A DNA stretch of 64,000 bases from Thecamonas trahens ATCC 50062 (taxonomy: Eukaryota; Protista; Apusomonadida). The translations under genes and the position numbers were made by a program. The notes beneath the pieces are model-generated. The model ran no database searches. It had not been told where the DNA came from and saw only the letters and a list, made by a program, of their open reading frames with translations. Of the stretch, positions 10,130-23,041 are shown piece after piece. How positions within the stretch are numbered: the first letter of the stretch is position 1; each line of letters begins with the position of its first letter. The stretch covers positions 1-64,000 of the forward strand of contig NW_013657671.1 in the NCBI RefSeq assembly GCF_000142905.1, written 5' to 3'.

Positions 10130-13100
10130 TCAGACCTCAAACTCCTCTTCGACATGAGCAGCATTGCCGTAGGTGAGCGAGCGATCAGAGAGACCCAAGA
10201 GATCGTCGGTATCGATATCGATCGAGCCGCCGGAGGCACCGAGACGGGCGGCTGACGACGAGGACACAACTGTCCGGTGCTCGGCCGGGAGCTGCCCTGG
10301 AATGTCTAGCGGACGCAAGCAAAGCTCACAGACGTGATCGTTGCCAGCACCATGACCAGAGTGGTCGACGAGACAGGCGACACAGGCCGGGACGACATCA
10401 CTAGACTGGCGGGGGTCCGTGGTGGGAACCAGGACCTTGGCATCTGGGCCGACACCGCACCAGACGCAGACGAGCTGGTCAGGCGTAAAGGCAGTGCCCC
10501 AGAGCGGGATGGTCGCAGGGACAGCCTCTTCGACCATCACATCTACAACAGGCGCGGGCTCTTCAGATGCGTCATTCAGACCATGTTGGGCGACCTGGGC
10601 CTTGATGGCGTCGGCGATCGGCCCAGCCTGGGCGGCGACACGAACTTCAGTGGCATCCTGGACAGCCTTTTGCTCTTCTGGCGAGGCAAGACCAAGTTCC
10701 GCGTGGCGCGGTTCCGAGTCGGTGCTTGCATCGACGCCATCGGTAGTATCTCCAACGGTGTAAATGACGTCGCCATCGACGACGCCTCCGATGTGGTGGG
10801 TGGTGACAAGCGGGACGACGGGCGGCGACGACGATTCTGGAGCAGTGGTCGCGGTAGGCTTGGCGACAAGGCGTGTACCGACTGTAGTGACCGCGACTGG
10901 GGCGTTGCCGAGTGCATTTGACGAGGCGACGTCATCAACCGAGACAGAAGCGGCCTTGGAGACCAGCGACTGGATGCTGCCAGGCTTATGCGAGCGGGCA
11001 CCAAGTACAATCGGAGGCGCTGCCGAGACAGCTGCAGACTCGGTAGTGGTACAGACGCGTGAGATGACTGCGGGTGGGTCTTCCACAAGAAATTGGGTGG
11101 CAGCCGCCGGAGGGGTTGTCATGGCAACATCACTGGTGTGGGAGACCGGCGGCACCACGTCCTTGCCACTACGAGCGTCGGTGGTTGGAGTCACACCAAG
11201 CGCCTCAGAAGCCGACAGGTCGTCGTCACTATCAGAGCTAGAGTACGAGCCTGAACCCGAGCTCGAGCCCGAACCCGAGCCCGACTCCTCACCAGCAACG
11301 TAGATCTGGTCAACATCGGTCACGCCACCGACGTTGTGCTTGGTTGCGAGACCGCCGGCTGCGAGCGCAGCAGGAGCGGCAGCGCCGGCCACAGATGCCT
11401 TGGGCACCACACGAGCAGCCACGGCAGACTCGGGCGTGTTCTTGCCGAGTACGTCCGCGTTGGGACCAGTCGCATCAACCGACACCGTCGCCGACTTGGA
11501 GACGAGCGGCTGGACACCGCCAGCGTCACCGGCAAGCACAATAGGCGGAGCGGCGGCGATGGACGACGACTCGGTCGTCTTGCACACGCGCGAGACGACT
11601 GGGGCAGAGTTCTCCACAACCACGGTATTCGGTGCAGCAGGGGCTGGCTCGTCGCCAGACGATGCAGCAACAGCAGCGCCGGCAGCACCTGCACCAGCAG
11701 CCACAGCCGCAACGACAGGAGCATCGCTACCGTCATCGCCATCAGCCCCGTCGTCGTCGGCGGCAGCAGGCTCGACAGGCTCCTCGGTGACAGCAGGCTC
11801 GGCGGGCTCGTCCGAAGCGCCAACGTTGTCGTCAGCGGCATCAGAAGCCTCGTCCGAGCCGGAGCCCGAGCCCGAGCCCGAACCCGACCCCGAATCTTCA
11901 CCAGCAACAAAGGTCACGCCACCGACGCTGTGCTTCGTCGCAAGACCACCCGCTGCGACCGCAGCAGGAGCGGCAGCGCCGGCCACGGATGCCTTGGGCA
12001 CCACACGAGCAGCCACGGCAGACTCGGGTGTGTTCTTGCCAAGCACGTCCGCGTTGGGACCGGTAGCGTCAATCGACACCGTCGCCGACTTGGAGACGAG
12101 CGGCTGGACACCGCCAGCGTCACCGGCAAGCACGATAGGCGGAGCGGCGGCGATGGACGACGACTCGGTCGTCTTGCACACGCGCGAGACGACTGGGGCA
12201 GAGTTCTCCACAACCACGGTCTTGGTCGCAGCAGGGGCTGGCTCGTCGCCAGCAACAGCAGCACCGGCAACAACAGCAGCACCTGCACCAGCAGCCACAG
12301 CCGCAACGACAGGAGCATCGCTACCGTTATCGCCATCAGCACCGTCGTCGTCGGCGACAGCAGGCTCGACAGGCTCCTGGGCGGCAGCAGGCTCGACAGC
12401 ATCCTCGGCGGCAGCAGGCTCGGCGGGCTCGTCCGAAGCGCCAACGTTGTCGTCGGCGGCATCGGAAGCCTCGTCCGAGCCCGAGCCCGAGCCCGAGCCC
12501 GAATCTTCACCAGCAACGTAGATCTGCTCGACATCGGTCACGCCACCGACATTGTGCTTCGTCGCAAGACCACCCGCTGCGACCGCAGCAGGAGCGGCAG
12601 CGCCGGCCACGGATACCTTGGGCACCACACGAGCAGCCACGGCAGACTCGGGTGTGTTCTTGCCGAGTACGTCAGCGTTGGGACCAGTCGCATCAACCGA
12701 CACCGTCGCCGACTTCGAGACGAGCGGCTGGACACCGCCAGCGTCACCGGCAAGCACGATAGGCGGAGCGGCGGCGATGGACGACGACTCGGTCGTCTTG
12801 CACACGCGCGAGACAACCGGAGCAGAGTCCTCCACAACCACGGTCTTCGGTGCAGCAGGGGCTGGCTCGTCGCCAGACGATGCAGCAACAGCAGCGCCGG
12901 CAACAACAGCAGCACCTGCACCAGCAGCCACAGCCGCAACGACAGGAGCATCGCTACCGTCATCGCCATCAGCCCCGTCGTCGTCGGCGACAGCAGGCTC
13001 GACAGGCTCCTCGGCGACAGCAGGCTCGGCGGGTTCGTCCGAAGCGCCAACGTCGTCGGCGGCATCGGAAGCCTCGCCCGAGCCGGAGCCCGAACCCGAG

Positions 13101-16100
13101 CCCGAACCCGACCCCGAATCTTCACCAGCAACGTAGATCTGGTCGACATCGGTCACGCCACCGACGCTGTGCTTCGTCGCAAGACCACCCGCTGCGACCG
13201 CAGCAGGAGCGGCAGCGCCGGCCACGGATGCCTTGGGCACCACACGAGCAGCCACAGCAGACTCGGGTGTGTTCTTGCCGAGCACATCCGCGTTGGGACC
13301 GGTAGCGTCAACCGACACCGTCGCCGACTTGGAGACGAGCGGCTGGACACCGCCAGCGTCACCAGCAAGCACAATGGGTGGAGCGGCGGCGATGGACGAC
13401 GACTCGGTGCTCTTCGCGATGCGCGAGACGACCGGAGCAGAGTCCTCCACAACCACTGTCTTCGGTGCAGCAGGGGCTGGCTCGTCGTCAGACGATGCAG
13501 CAACAGCAGCACCGGCAACAACAGCAGCACCCGCACCAGCAGCCACAGCCGCAACGACAGAAGCATCGCTGCCGTCATCGCCATCAGCCCCGTTGTCGTC
13601 GGCGGCAGCGGCCTCGGCAGGCTCCTGGGCGGCAGCAGGCTCGACAGCATCCTCGGCGGCAGCAGGCTCGGCGGGCTCGTCCGAAGCGCCAACGTTGTCG
13701 TCGGCGGCATCGGAAGCCTCGTCCGAGCCCGAGCCCGAGCCCGACTCCTCACCAGCAACGTAGATCTGGTCAACATCGGTCACGCCACCGACGTTGTGCT
13801 TGGTCGCGAGACCACCCGCTGCGACCGCAGCAGGAGCGGCAGCGCCGGCCACGGATGCCTTGGGCACCACACGAGCAGCCACAGCAGACTCGGGTGTGTT
13901 CTTGCCGAGCACATCCGCGTTGGGACCAGTCGCATCAACCGACACCGTCGCCGACTTCGAGACGAGCGGCTGGACACCGCCAGCGTCACCGGCAAGCACG
14001 ATGGGCGGAGCGGCGGCGATGGACGACGACTCGGTCGTCTTGGTGATGCGCGAGACGACTGGGGCAGAGTCCTCCACAACCACGGTCTTCGGTGGAGCAG
14101 GGGCTGGCTCGTCGCCAGCAACAGCAGCACCGGCAACAACAGCAGCACCTGCACCAACAGCCACAGCCGCAACGACAGGAGCATCGCTACCGTTATCGCC
14201 ATCAGCCCCGTCGTCGTCGGCGACAGCAGGCTCGACAGGCTCCTCGGCGACAGCAGGCTCGGCAGGCTCCTCGGCGGCAGCAGGCTCGGCGGGTTCGTCG
14301 GCGGCAGCAGGCTCGGCGGGCTCGTCCGAAGCGCCAACGTCGTCGTCAGCGGCATCGGAAGCCTCGCCCGAGTCGGAGCCCGAACCCGATCCCGAACCCG
14401 AGCCCGACTCCTCACCAGCAACGTAGATCTGGTCAACATCGGTCACGCCACCGACGCTGTGCTTCGTCGCAAGACCACCCGCTGCGACCGCAGCAGGAGC
14501 GGCAGCGCCGGCCACGGATGCCTTGGGCACCACACGAGCAGCCACGGCAGACTCGGGTGTGTTCTTGCCGAGTACGTCAGCGTTGGGACCAGTCGCATCA
14601 ACCGACACCGTCGCCGACTTGGAGACGAGTGGCTGGACACCGCCAGCGTCACCGGCAAGCACGATAGGCGGAGCGGCGGCGATGGACGACGACTCGGTCG
14701 TCTTGCACACGCGCGAGACAACCGGAGCAGAGTCCTCCACAACCACTGTCTTCGGTGCAGCAGGGGCTGGCTCGTCGCCAGCAACAGCAGCACCGGCAAC
14801 AACAGCAGCACCTGCGCCAGCAGCCACAGCCGCAACGACAGCAGCATCGCTACCGTTATCGCCATCAGCCCCGTCGTCGTCCGCGTAAGCAGGCTCGACA
14901 GGCTCCTCGGCGACAGCAGGCTCGGCAGGCTCCTCGGCGGCAGCAGGCTCGGCGGGTTCGTCGGCGGCAGCAGGCTCGGCGGGCTCGTCCGAAGCGCCAA
15001 CGTTGTCGTCGGCGGCATCGGAAGCCTCGCCCGAGCCGGAGCCCGAGCCGGAGCCCGAGCCCGAGCCCGACTCCTCACCAGCAACGTAGATCTGGTCGAC
15101 ATCGGTCACGCCACCGACGTTGTGCTTGGTCGCGAGACCGCCGGCGGCAAAAGCACCAACACCGGCCGTTGCGCCGGCCACGGATGACTTGGGCACCACA
15201 CGAGCAGCCACGGCAGACTCGGGCGTGTTCTTGCCGAGCACGTCCGCGTTGGGACCAGTAGCGTCGATCGACACCGTCGCCGACTTCGAGACGAGCGGCT
15301 GGACACCACCAGCGTCACCGGCAAGCACAATGGGCGGAGCGGCGGCGATGGACGACGACTCGGTCGTCTTGCACACGCGCGAGACGACTGGGGCAGAGTC
15401 CTCCACAACCACTGTCTTCGGTGCAGCAGGGGCTGGCTCGTCACCAGACGATGCAGCAACAGCAGTACCGGCAACAACAGCAGCACCTGCACCAGCAGCC
15501 ACAGCCGCAGCGACAGGAGCATCGCTACCGTCATCGCCATCAGCCCCGTCGTCGTCGGCGACAGCAGGCTCGACAGGCTCCTCGGCGGCAGTAGGCTCGA
15601 CAGCATCCTCGGCGGCAGCAGGCTCGGCGGGTTCGTCCGAAGCGCCAACGTCGTCGTCGGCGGCATCCGAGGCTGCGTCCGAGCCGGAGCCCGAGCCCGA
15701 GCCCGAATCTTCACCAGCAACGTAGATCTGCTCGACATCGGTCACGCCACCGACATTGTGCTTCGTCGCAAGACCACCGGCTGCGAGCGCAGCAGGAGCG
15801 GCAGCGCCGGCCACGGATGACTTGGGCACCACACGAGTAGCCACGGCAGACTCGGGTGTGTTCTTGCCGAGCACGTCAGCGTTAGGACCAGTCGCATCAA
15901 CCGACACCGTCGCCGACTTCGAGACGAGCGGCTGGACACCGCCAGCGTCACCGGCAAGCACGATGGGCGGAGCGGCGGCGATGGACGACGACTCGGTCGT
16001 CTTACACACGCGCGAGACAACCGGAGCAGAGTCCTCCACAACCACGGTCTTCGGTGCAGCAGGGGCTGGCTCGTCGTCAGACGATGCAGCAACAGCAGCA

Positions 16101-19100
16101 CCGGCAACAACAGCAGCACCTGCACCAGCAGCCACAGCCGCAACGACAGCAGCATCGCTGCCGTCATCGCCATCAGCCCCGTTGTCGTCGGCGGCAGCAG
16201 GCTCGGCGGGTTCGTCGGCGGCAGCAGGCTCGGCGGGTTCGTCCGAAGCGCCAACGTCGTCGGCGGCATCGGAAGCCTCGCCCGAGCCGGAGCCCGAACC
16301 CGAGCCCGAACCCGAGCCCGAATCTTCACCAGCAACGTAGATCTGGTCAACATCGGTCACGCCACCGACGCTGTGCTTCGTCGCAAGACCACCCGCTGCG
16401 AGCGCAGCAGGAGCGGCAGCGCCGGCCACGGATGACTTGGGCACCACACGAGCAGCCACGGCAGACTCGGGTGTGTTCTTGCCGAGCACGTCCGCGTTGG
16501 GACCGGTAGCGTCAACCGACACCGTCGCCGACTTGGAGACGAGTGGCTGGACACCGCCAGCGTCACCGGCAAGCACGATAGGCGGAGCGGCGGCGATGGA
16601 CGACGACTCGGTCGTCTTGGTGATGCGCGAGACAACCGGAGCAGAGTCCTCCACAACCACGGTCTTGGTCGCAGCAGGGGCAGGCTCGTCACCAGACGAT
16701 GCAGCAACAGCAGCACCGGCAACAACAGCAGCACCTGCACCAGCAGCCACAGCCGCAGCGACAGGAGCATCGCTACCGCTATCGCCATCAGCCCCGTCGT
16801 CGGCGGCGACAGCAGGCTCGACAGGCTCCTCGGCGGCAGTAGGCTCGACAGGCTCCTCGGCGGCAGCAGGCTCGGCGGGCTCCTCGGCGGCAGCAGGCGC
16901 AGCGGGCTCGTCCGAAGCGCCAACGTCGTCGTCGGCGGCATCGGAAGCCTCGCCCGAGCCGGAGCCCGAACCCGAGCCCGAACCCGAGCCCGAATCTTCA
17001 CCAGCAACGTAGATCTGGTCGATATCGGTCACGCCACCGACGCTGTGCTTCGTCGCAAGACCACCCGCTGCGACCGCAGCAGGAGCGGCAGCCGCCGGCC
17101 ACGGATGCCTTGGGNNNNNNNNNNNNNNNNNNNNNNNNNNNNNNNNNNNNNNNNNNNNNNNNNNNNNNNNNNNNNNNNNNNNNNNNNNNNNNNNNNNNNN
17201 NNNNNNNNNNNNNNNNNNNNNNNNNNNNNNNNNNNNNNNNNNNNNNNNCGATAGGCGGAGCGGCGACGATGACGACGACTCGGTCGTCTTGCACACGCGC
17301 GAGACAACCGGAGCAGAGTCCTCCACAACCACGGTATTCGGTGCAGCAGGGGCTGGCTCGTCGCCAGCAACAGCAGCACCGGCAACAACAGCAGCACCTG
17401 CACTAGCAGCCACAGCCGCAGCGACAGGAACATCGCTACCGTTATCGCCATCAGCACCGTCGTCGTCGGCGGCAGCGGCCTCGACAGGCTCCTGGGCGGC
17501 AGCAGGCTCGACAGCATGCTCGGCGGCAGCAGGCTCGGCGGGCTCGTCCGAAGCGCCAACGTTGTCGTCGGCGGCATCGGAAGCCTCGCCCGAGCAGGAG
17601 CCCGAGCCCGAGCCCGAGCCCGATCCCGAATCTTCACCAGCAACGTAGATCTGGTCGACATCGGTCACGCCACCGACGTTGTGCTTGGTCGCGAGACCGC
17701 CGGCGGCAGGAGCACCAACACCGGCCGTTGCGCCGGCCACGGATGACTTGGGCACCAAACGAGCAGCCACGGCAGACTCGGGTGTGTTCTTGCCGAGCAC
17801 GTCCGCGTTGGGACCAGTAGCGTCGATCGACACCGTCGCCGACTTCGAGACGAGCGGCTGGACGCCGCCAGCGTCACCGGCAAGCACAATGGGTGGAGCG
17901 GCGGCGATGGACGACGACTCGGTGCTCTTCGCGATGCGCGAGACAACCGGAGCAGAGTCCTCCACAACCACGGTATTCGGTGCAGCAGGGGCTGGCTCGT
18001 CGCCAGCAACAGCAGCACCGGCAACAACAGCAGCACCTGCACCAGCAGCCACAGCCGCAGCGACAGCAGCATCGCTGCCGTCATCGCCATCAGCACCGTT
18101 GTCGTCGGCGGCAGCGGCCTCGGCAGGCTCCTGGGCGGCAGCAGGCTCGACAGCATCCTCGGCGGCAGCAGGCTCGGCGGGCTCGTCCGAAGCGCCAACG
18201 TTGTCGTCGGCGGCATCGGAAGCCTCGTCCGAGCCCGAGCCCGAGCCCGAGCCCGACTCCTCACCAGCAACGTAGATCTGGTCAACATCGGTCACGCCAC
18301 CGACGTTGTGCTTGGTTGCGAGACCGCCGGCTGCGAGCGCAGCAGGAGCGGCAGCGCCGGCCACGGATGCCTTGGGCACCACACGAGCAGCCACGGCAGA
18401 CTCGGGTGTGTTCTTGCTGAGTACGTCAGCGTTGGGACCAGTCGCATCAACCGACACCGTCGCCGACTTGGAGACGAGTGGCTGGACACCGCCAGCGTCA
18501 CCGGCAAGCACGATAGGCGGAGCGGCGGCGATGGACGACGACTCGGTCGTCTTGCACACGCGCGAGACAACCGGAGCAGAGTCCTCCACAACCACTGTCT
18601 TCGGTGCAGCAGGGGCTGGCTCGTCGCCAGCAACAGCAGCACCGGCAACAACAGCAGCACCTGCGCCAGCAGCCACAGCCGCAACGACAGCAGCATCGCT
18701 ACCATCATCGCCTTCAGCATCATCGTTGCCAGTGCCATTGGTAGTCGCGCCACTCTCATCGGCTCCGTGGTGAATGCTACCTGCGCCGCCGTCGCTGTTT
18801 CCACAGTCTGAGCTCGACGCGTTGACAGTAGCAGCACCATCGCTGGCAATAAAGATGTCACCGCTTGTGATACCATGGCTCGCATCGCTGACGTGATGAT
18901 TGACACGGAGGGTGGGCGCAAGGCCTCTCTGCGCGAGCTGAACAACCGACTTGTTGTGGCCAAGCTTGCGGACACTGGTGACAATGCCAGTCTGCGGCAC
19001 GTCGTCACCAGTGACTGAGACCGGTGGGCGGTCGTCCTCGACATCAAGACAGGCCGACCGGGCGTCGAGCGGCAAGACACGACGACCGCCATCGGGACCC

Positions 19101-20470
19101 AGGCCGCTGAACAAAATGGGTGGAGCGCGCCCAATGCGACCGGCGGCGGGGTGTCCCGTTGGCGGCAGCGTTTGCGTCGACACCGCCTGGTCGCTTTCCA
19201 CATAGACTGAGACTGCGAGCGGGGCCGAGGCGAGTGCGGTGGCGGTGGCGGTCAGACTTGAGGGCACGCTGTCGGCTCCAGGCACAGTCGACTCCGCGCT
19301 TGCTGTAGGACCTGCCTGTGTTGCTGGCGCAACAGTGACAGTGCCATCGTCAGCGCCGCTGATGGTGAGCACCTGAGCGCCGAGAGTCATGGTTGTGGCC
19401 GCGTGCGCATGGCCGGGAATGGGCTCGCCATCGCTGGCCTTGTGGAATGCCATCTTCAGCGGGCGTGCCGATGCCTTGTCGGCCGCGGGCCGCCGACGCG
19501 AGGCGCGGAGTCCAGCATCCGACGTAATCGTTGACGAGACCGGCGAGAGGCCAGAAAGGCACGCCGTCTTTGCATCAAGGCGCTGGATGGCTTGGTCGTG
19601 ACCAGTCTGCGTCATCACCAACCATGGGTTGGCAGGTGACTCGGTAAAGAGAAACGCGCGGACACGACCGGGCTCGGGACGCCGGCCTCGGATGTTGATG
19701 CTCAACGGCGTCGACTCCTCCACAGTCGGTGCCACTGCCGTAAACAGTGCTGCGCGGGCCTTGGCCTTGGCCTCGGCCTCAGCCGCAAGCCGGGCCTCTT
19801 CCTCGGCCTTGGCCTTGGCCTCAGCCTCGGCCGCAAGCCGGGCCTCCTCCTCGGCCTTGGCCTTGGCCTCGGCCTCTGCTGCAAGCCGGGCCTCCTCCTC
19901 GGCCTTGGCCTTGGCCTCGGCCTCAGCCGCAAGCCGGGCCTCCTCCTCGGCCTTGGCCTTGGCCTCGGCCTCTGCTGCAAGCCGTGCCTCCTCCTCGGCC
20001 TTGGCCTTGGCCTCGGCCTCTGCTGCAAGCCGGGCCTCCTCCTCGGCCGCAAGCCGGGCCTCCTCCTCGGCCTTGGCCTTGGCCTCAGCCTCGGCCGCAA
20101 GCCGGGCCTCTTCCTCGGCCTTGGCCTTGGCCTCGGCCTCAGCCGCAAGCCGGGCCTCCTCCTCGGCCTTGGCCTTGGCCTCAGCCTCGGCCGCAAGCCG
20201 GGCCTCTTCCTCGGCCTTGGCCTTGGCCTCAGCCTCTGCTGCAAGCCGGGCCTCCTCCTCGGCCGCAAGCCGGGCCTCTTCCTCGGCCTTGGCCTTGGCC
20301 TCGNNNNNNNNNNNNNNNNNNNNNNNNNNNNNNNNNNNNNNNNNNNNNNNNNNNNNNNNNNNNNNNNNNNNNNNNNNNNNNNNNNNNNNNNNNNNNNNNN
20401 NNNCCCCCCCCCGTCCTCCCTCCTGCCAACTAACCTTAACTTGCACAGCTTGCCAGTCCCCGGCCGACAT
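10130..20470 (-). CDS. Giant (>3300 aa) repetitive protein: probable CH-domain first exon, E/A/K/R helix repeats, 12 near-identical ~200-aa repeats, C-terminal Cys/His finger
   Basis: Long open frame 10130-20303 crossing one gap. Exon 20435-20470 ([12 protein letters not shown]) is followed by a GT donor; the connecting sequence lies in gap 20304-20403. C-terminus has CVWC...CVAC...HVCELC. Confidence 0.8.
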   Translation of the reverse strand: MSAGDWQAVQVKVSWQEGGRGGXXXXXXXXXXXXXXXXXXXXXXXXXXXXXXXXXXEAKAKAEEEARLAAEEEARLAAEAEAKAKAEEEARLAAEAEAKAKAEEEARLAAEAEAKAKAEEEARLAAEAEAKAKAEEEARLAAEEEARLAAEAEAKAKAEEEARLAAEAEAKAKAEEEARLAAEAEAKAKAEEEARLAAEAEAKAKAEEEARLAAEAEAKAKAEEEARLAAEAEAKAKARAALFTAVAPTVEESTPLSINIRGRRPEPGRVRAFLFTESPANPWLVMTQTGHDQAIQRLDAKTACLSGLSPVSSTITSDAGLRASRRRPAADKASARPLKMAFHKASDGEPIPGHAHAATTMTLGAQVLTISGADDGTVTVAPATQAGPTASAESTVPGADSVPSSLTATATALASAPLAVSVYVESDQAVSTQTLPPTGHPAAGRIGRAPPILFSGLGPDGGRRVLPLDARSACLDVEDDRPPVSVTGDDVPQTGIVTSVRKLGHNKSVVQLAQRGLAPTLRVNHHVSDASHGITSGDIFIASDGAATVNASSSDCGNSDGGAGSIHHGADESGATTNGTGNDDAEGDDGSDAAVVAAVAAGAGAAVVAGAAVAGDEPAPAAPKTVVVEDSAPVVSRVCKTTESSSIAAAPPIVLAGDAGGVQPLVSKSATVSVDATGPNADVLSKNTPESAVAARVVPKASVAGAAAPAALAAGGLATKHNVGGVTDVDQIYVAGEESGSGSGSGSDEASDAADDNVGASDEPAEPAAAEDAVEPAAAQEPAEAAAADDNGADGDDGSDAAVAAAVAAGAGAAVVAGAAVAGDEPAPAAPNTVVVEDSAPVVSRIAKSTESSSIAAAPPIVLAGDAGGVQPLVSKSATVSIDATGPNADVLGKNTPESAVAARLVPKSSVAGATAGVGAPAAGGLATKHNVGGVTDVDQIYVAGEDSGSGSGSGSGSCSGEASDAADDNVGASDEPAEPAAAEHAVEPAAAQEPVEAAAADDDGADGDNGSDVPVAAAVAASAGAAVVAGAAVAGDEPAPAAPNTVVVEDSAPVVSRVCKTTESSSSSPLRLSXXXXXXXXXXXXXXXXXXXXXXXXXXXXXXXXXXXXXXXXXXXXXPRHPWPAAAAPAAVAAGGLATKHSVGGVTDIDQIYVAGEDSGSGSGSGSGSGSGEASDAADDDVGASDEPAAPAAAEEPAEPAAAEEPVEPTAAEEPVEPAVAADDGADGDSGSDAPVAAAVAAGAGAAVVAGAAVAASSGDEPAPAATKTVVVEDSAPVVSRITKTTESSSIAAAPPIVLAGDAGGVQPLVSKSATVSVDATGPNADVLGKNTPESAVAARVVPKSSVAGAAAPAALAAGGLATKHSVGGVTDVDQIYVAGEDSGSGSGSGSGSGSGEASDAADDVGASDEPAEPAAADEPAEPAAADDNGADGDDGSDAAVVAAVAAGAGAAVVAGAAVAASSDDEPAPAAPKTVVVEDSAPVVSRVCKTTESSSIAAAPPIVLAGDAGGVQPLVSKSATVSVDATGPNADVLGKNTPESAVATRVVPKSSVAGAAAPAALAAGGLATKHNVGGVTDVEQIYVAGEDSGSGSGSGSDAASDAADDDVGASDEPAEPAAAEDAVEPTAAEEPVEPAVADDDGADGDDGSDAPVAAAVAAGAGAAVVAGTAVAASSGDEPAPAAPKTVVVEDSAPVVSRVCKTTESSSIAAAPPIVLAGDAGGVQPLVSKSATVSIDATGPNADVLGKNTPESAVAARVVPKSSVAGATAGVGAFAAGGLATKHNVGGVTDVDQIYVAGEESGSGSGSGSGSGSGEASDAADDNVGASDEPAEPAAADEPAEPAAAEEPAEPAVAEEPVEPAYADDDGADGDNGSDAAVVAAVAAGAGAAVVAGAAVAGDEPAPAAPKTVVVEDSAPVVSRVCKTTESSSIAAAPPIVLAGDAGGVQPLVSKSATVSVDATGPNADVLGKNTPESAVAARVVPKASVAGAAAPAAVAAGGLATKHSVGGVTDVDQIYVAGEESGSGSGSGSGSDSGEASDAADDDVGASDEPAEPAAADEPAEPAAAEEPAEPAVAEEPVEPAVADDDGADGDNGSDAPVVAAVAVGAGAAVVAGAAVAGDEPAPAPPKTVVVEDSAPVVSRITKTTESSSIAAAPPIVLAGDAGGVQPLVSKSATVSVDATGPNADVLGKNTPESAVAARVVPKASVAGAAAPAAVAAGGLATKHNVGGVTDVDQIYVAGEESGSGSGSDEASDAADDNVGASDEPAEPAAAEDAVEPAAAQEPAEAAAADDNGADGDDGSDASVVAAVAAGAGAAVVAGAAVAASSDDEPAPAAPKTVVVEDSAPVVSRIAKSTESSSIAAAPPIVLAGDAGGVQPLVSKSATVSVDATGPNADVLGKNTPESAVAARVVPKASVAGAAAPAAVAAGGLATKHSVGGVTDVDQIYVAGEDSGSGSGSGSGSGSGEASDAADDVGASDEPAEPAVAEEPVEPAVADDDGADGDDGSDAPVVAAVAAGAGAAVVAGAAVAASSGDEPAPAAPKTVVVEDSAPVVSRVCKTTESSSIAAAPPIVLAGDAGGVQPLVSKSATVSVDATGPNADVLGKNTPESAVAARVVPKVSVAGAAAPAAVAAGGLATKHNVGGVTDVEQIYVAGEDSGSGSGSGSDEASDAADDNVGASDEPAEPAAAEDAVEPAAAQEPVEPAVADDDGADGDNGSDAPVVAAVAAGAGAAVVAGAAVAGDEPAPAATKTVVVENSAPVVSRVCKTTESSSIAAAPPIVLAGDAGGVQPLVSKSATVSIDATGPNADVLGKNTPESAVAARVVPKASVAGAAAPAAVAAGGLATKHSVGGVTFVAGEDSGSGSGSGSGSGSDEASDAADDNVGASDEPAEPAVTEEPVEPAAADDDGADGDDGSDAPVVAAVAAGAGAAGAAVAASSGDEPAPAAPNTVVVENSAPVVSRVCKTTESSSIAAAPPIVLAGDAGGVQPLVSKSATVSVDATGPNADVLGKNTPESAVAARVVPKASVAGAAAPAALAAGGLATKHNVGGVTDVDQIYVAGEESGSGSGSSSGSGSYSSSDSDDDLSASEALGVTPTTDARSGKDVVPPVSHTSDVAMTTPPAAATQFLVEDPPAVISRVCTTTESAAVSAAPPIVLGARSHKPGSIQSLVSKAASVSVDDVASSNALGNAPVAVTTVGTRLVAKPTATTAPESSSPPVVPLVTTHHIGGVVDGDVIYTVGDTTDGVDASTDSEPRHAELGLASPEEQKAVQDATEVRVAAQAGPIADAIKAQVAQHGLNDASEEPAPVVDVMVEEAVPATIPLWGTAFTPDQLVCVWCGVGPDAKVLVPTTDPRQSSDVVPACVACLVDHSGHGAGNDHVCELCLRPLDIPGQLPAEHRTVVSSSSAARLGASGGSIDIDTDDLLGLSDRSLTYGNAAHVEEEFEV
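11270..18720 (-). repeat. Coding tandem array, 12 units of ~600-660 bp
   Basis: Recurring TVVVE[DN]SAPVVSR...[16 protein letters not shown] core with acidic SG/EPA linkers. Confidence 0.95.
19755..20303 (-). repeat. Coding 48/24-bp tandem repeat ([16 protein letters not shown])n
   Basis: Directly visible; runs into the gap. Confidence 0.95.
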
Positions 20471-20758
20471 GGCTTCGCAATGTAGTGCAGTGGCCAGCGA
20501 ATCTGACCACGTCTCCTCCCCTCCTCGACCTCCCCTCGCCACTGCCAGCACAAAACACCGCTGGTTCGACCAGTCCAAGCGACCAGGTCACCGAAAAAAA
20601 TGCCAACAAACGTGTGCCACCCCCCCTCCCCCTCCCCCGTCCTCCTTGACAAAGAATTGTGGTGATCCGCGACACGTTACCCATCCCCCGCACAGGCATA
20701 CCCACCTCCCTCCACCTGTTGTCGCGGCCAACTCCTCGCGAATTGCTCCCTACTATCA

Positions 20759-22810
20759 ATGTCCAGCTCATCTAACTACAGTTCGCTCTCGGGCGTACAG
20801 CTCGAGGAAGCTCGGCCTGCTGTAGACCATCCGTCCATGACGCTTGCCTTTGATTCCGTCACATTTGCCGTCGGCAAGGGCGATGACTGCAAGACCATTC
20901 TCGATAGCGTGTCCGGCCTCGTCAAGCCTGGTGAGATGCTGGCCATCATGGGCCCGTCCGGCGCCGGCAAGTCCTCGCTCCTTAACATTCTCGCGGGCCG
21001 AGTCACCGATGGCGTGCAGGGCTCGATTGCCGTCAATGGCCAGTCGCTACAGGAGCCGGACATCCGCCGCCATACCTCGTATGTCATGCAGGAGGACGCG
21101 CTCATGGGCTCGCTCACCGTTCGCGAGACCCTAAACTACTCGGCCGAGTTTTCGCTCGAAGCCTCGGTCTCGCGCGAGGTCAAGACCGCCCGCATCAACA
21201 CCATCCTCACCGATCTCGGCCTCGACCGCGTTGCCGACTCCAAGGTCGGCAACATCCTCATCCGCGGCATCTCCGGCGGTGAGCGTCGCCGCACCGCCAT
21301 CGGCGCCGAGCTTGTCTCCTCGCCGGCCCTGCTCTTTCTCGACGAGCCCACCTCCGGCCTCGACTCAGCCGCCTCCTTCCACGTCATGTCCATGATGCGC
21401 CGCCTCGCCCGCACCCAGTCGCGGACCATCGTCGCCTCCATCCACCAGCCCTCCTCCGCTGTCTTCTCGCTCTTTGACCGTGTCCTCTTTCTCTCGGGCG
21501 GCAAGACCGCGTATTTTGGCTCTGTTGAAAACCTGCCCGACTACCTGGGTAGCATCGGCCTCGACCTGCCCAACTACGTCAACCTCGCCGATTTTGTCCT
21601 CGACCACATCAACGACGACTTTGCGCTCCCGGCCGCCTCATCAGCCGCCGACCCATACACCTACGATGAGGCCAACTCGGTTCATGAGCAGCAGCAAGAC
21701 GAGTCCTCCTCTTCCTCCTCATCGTCATCCTCCTCTTCGCCGAGTCGACCGCTCATCTCTTCGGTCTCCGCCCCTTACGCCCGCCTTCTCTCGGGCGCAG
21801 AGATCGTGGCAAAGTTCCCCGAGTCGGACGCGTCGCAGTCTCTCAAGAGCGAGCTGCGGGCTGCCCAGCTTGCGCCGCTCGAGTCGGTGGCCTCGACTGC
21901 TTCGCAAGCTCGCACCATGCACTACGCCCGCTCGCGGCTCTTCCAGACCATGGTCCTCCTCAAGCGCAACATGGTCAACGCTATCCGCTACGTCGCCCTC
22001 TACTGGGTCCGTCTCGCCATGTACCTCGCCCTTGCCCTTATGATCGGAACCGTCTGGCTCGACCTCGACATCTCGAACCAGTCAGAGCTTCAGGACCGCC
22101 AGGGCGCACTCTTCTTCTCGGTCGCCTTTGTCGCCTTTATGTCAGTTGCCTCGGCCCCGGCCTATATCGAGGACCGCATCATCTTTGAGCGCGAGCGCGC
22201 CAACGGCAAGTACTCCACCTTTGCGTACTGGGCCTCATCGACCCTCATCTCTTCGTTCTTTGTCTTTCTCATCTCGCTCACCTTTGGCGCTACCGCGTTC
22301 TGGCTCATGGGTCTTGACGACCGCTTTGATCGCTTTGCTATCTTCATCGGCATTGTTTACCTCGCCCTCCTCATCGCCGAAGCCATCATCGCCTTCCTCT
22401 CCGCTCTCACCAAGTACTACATCATCGTCCTCGCTGTCGGCTCCATGGTCAACGGCTTTGCCATGACCTACCAGGGCTACTTTATCGCCACAAAGTCGAT
22501 GCCGGCCTTCTTCCGCAACACCTTCCACTACATGTCGTACCAAAAGTACTCGTTCGAGGCCCTGATGTACAACGACCTCGAGGGCCGCATCATCAATTGC
22601 GACGCCTCGCCGTCGTCGCCCACCGGTTGTTTCTGTGCCTTCCAGCCCTCCAACGCCTCGGCCTGCTCCTTCACCGGCATGGACGTCCTCCGCCACTTTG
22701 GCTATGAGGACACCAACATCGGCCACTGGGTTGCCGTCCTCATCGGCATGCTCGTATTCTTCCGCCTCCTCGCCTACCTCGCCCTCCGCTTCATGCCCGT
22801 CAAGGTTTAA
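20759..22810 (+). CDS. ABCG half transporter (NBD-TMD)
   Basis: Walker A GPSGAGKS, signature ISGGERRR, LFLDEPTSGLDS, SIHQP, C-terminal ABC2 membrane domain. Confidence 0.97.
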   Translation: MSSSSNYSSLSGVQLEEARPAVDHPSMTLAFDSVTFAVGKGDDCKTILDSVSGLVKPGEMLAIMGPSGAGKSSLLNILAGRVTDGVQGSIAVNGQSLQEPDIRRHTSYVMQEDALMGSLTVRETLNYSAEFSLEASVSREVKTARINTILTDLGLDRVADSKVGNILIRGISGGERRRTAIGAELVSSPALLFLDEPTSGLDSAASFHVMSMMRRLARTQSRTIVASIHQPSSAVFSLFDRVLFLSGGKTAYFGSVENLPDYLGSIGLDLPNYVNLADFVLDHINDDFALPAASSAADPYTYDEANSVHEQQQDESSSSSSSSSSSSPSRPLISSVSAPYARLLSGAEIVAKFPESDASQSLKSELRAAQLAPLESVASTASQARTMHYARSRLFQTMVLLKRNMVNAIRYVALYWVRLAMYLALALMIGTVWLDLDISNQSELQDRQGALFFSVAFVAFMSVASAPAYIEDRIIFERERANGKYSTFAYWASSTLISSFFVFLISLTFGATAFWLMGLDDRFDRFAIFIGIVYLALLIAEAIIAFLSALTKYYIIVLAVGSMVNGFAMTYQGYFIATKSMPAFFRNTFHYMSYQKYSFEALMYNDLEGRIINCDASPSSPTGCFCAFQPSNASACSFTGMDVLRHFGYEDTNIGHWVAVLIGMLVFFRLLAYLALRFMPVKV

Positions 22811-23041
22811 GCAACCAGACGCAAATCTTATCTGCATCCCCACATCCACATTCACGTCCACATGAACATGAACATACATTCCCTACCAGTCGTTATCTCC
22901 AGCTGACCGGTCGTCCCGCGCTCCCGCCGCGCAAAGCACCTTGTCGCGCCGAATACCAAAAATCACCGCTGCCCGCCCGCCAACCACCCCTCCCCCCCCC
23001 TCCCCCCACGCCCACCCCACCGCCTCACCCCTCCACCCACC

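Noticed and set aside
11336-15187. 1283-aa plus-strand ORF and many other overlapping ORFs
   Set aside because: Antisense or alternate-frame shadows of GC-rich, repetitive coding sequence; no independent motifs.
11270-20303. Repeat arrays as CRISPR, satellite or transposon
   Set aside because: Units are in-frame coding repeats with no unique spacers, TIRs or cas/transposase genes.
20471-20578. N-terminal extension of the 3482-aa ORF (MDWSNQR...) and read-through across the gap
   Set aside because: Frame continuity over a 100-N gap is arbitrary; the ATG at 20470 with a splice donor is a better start.
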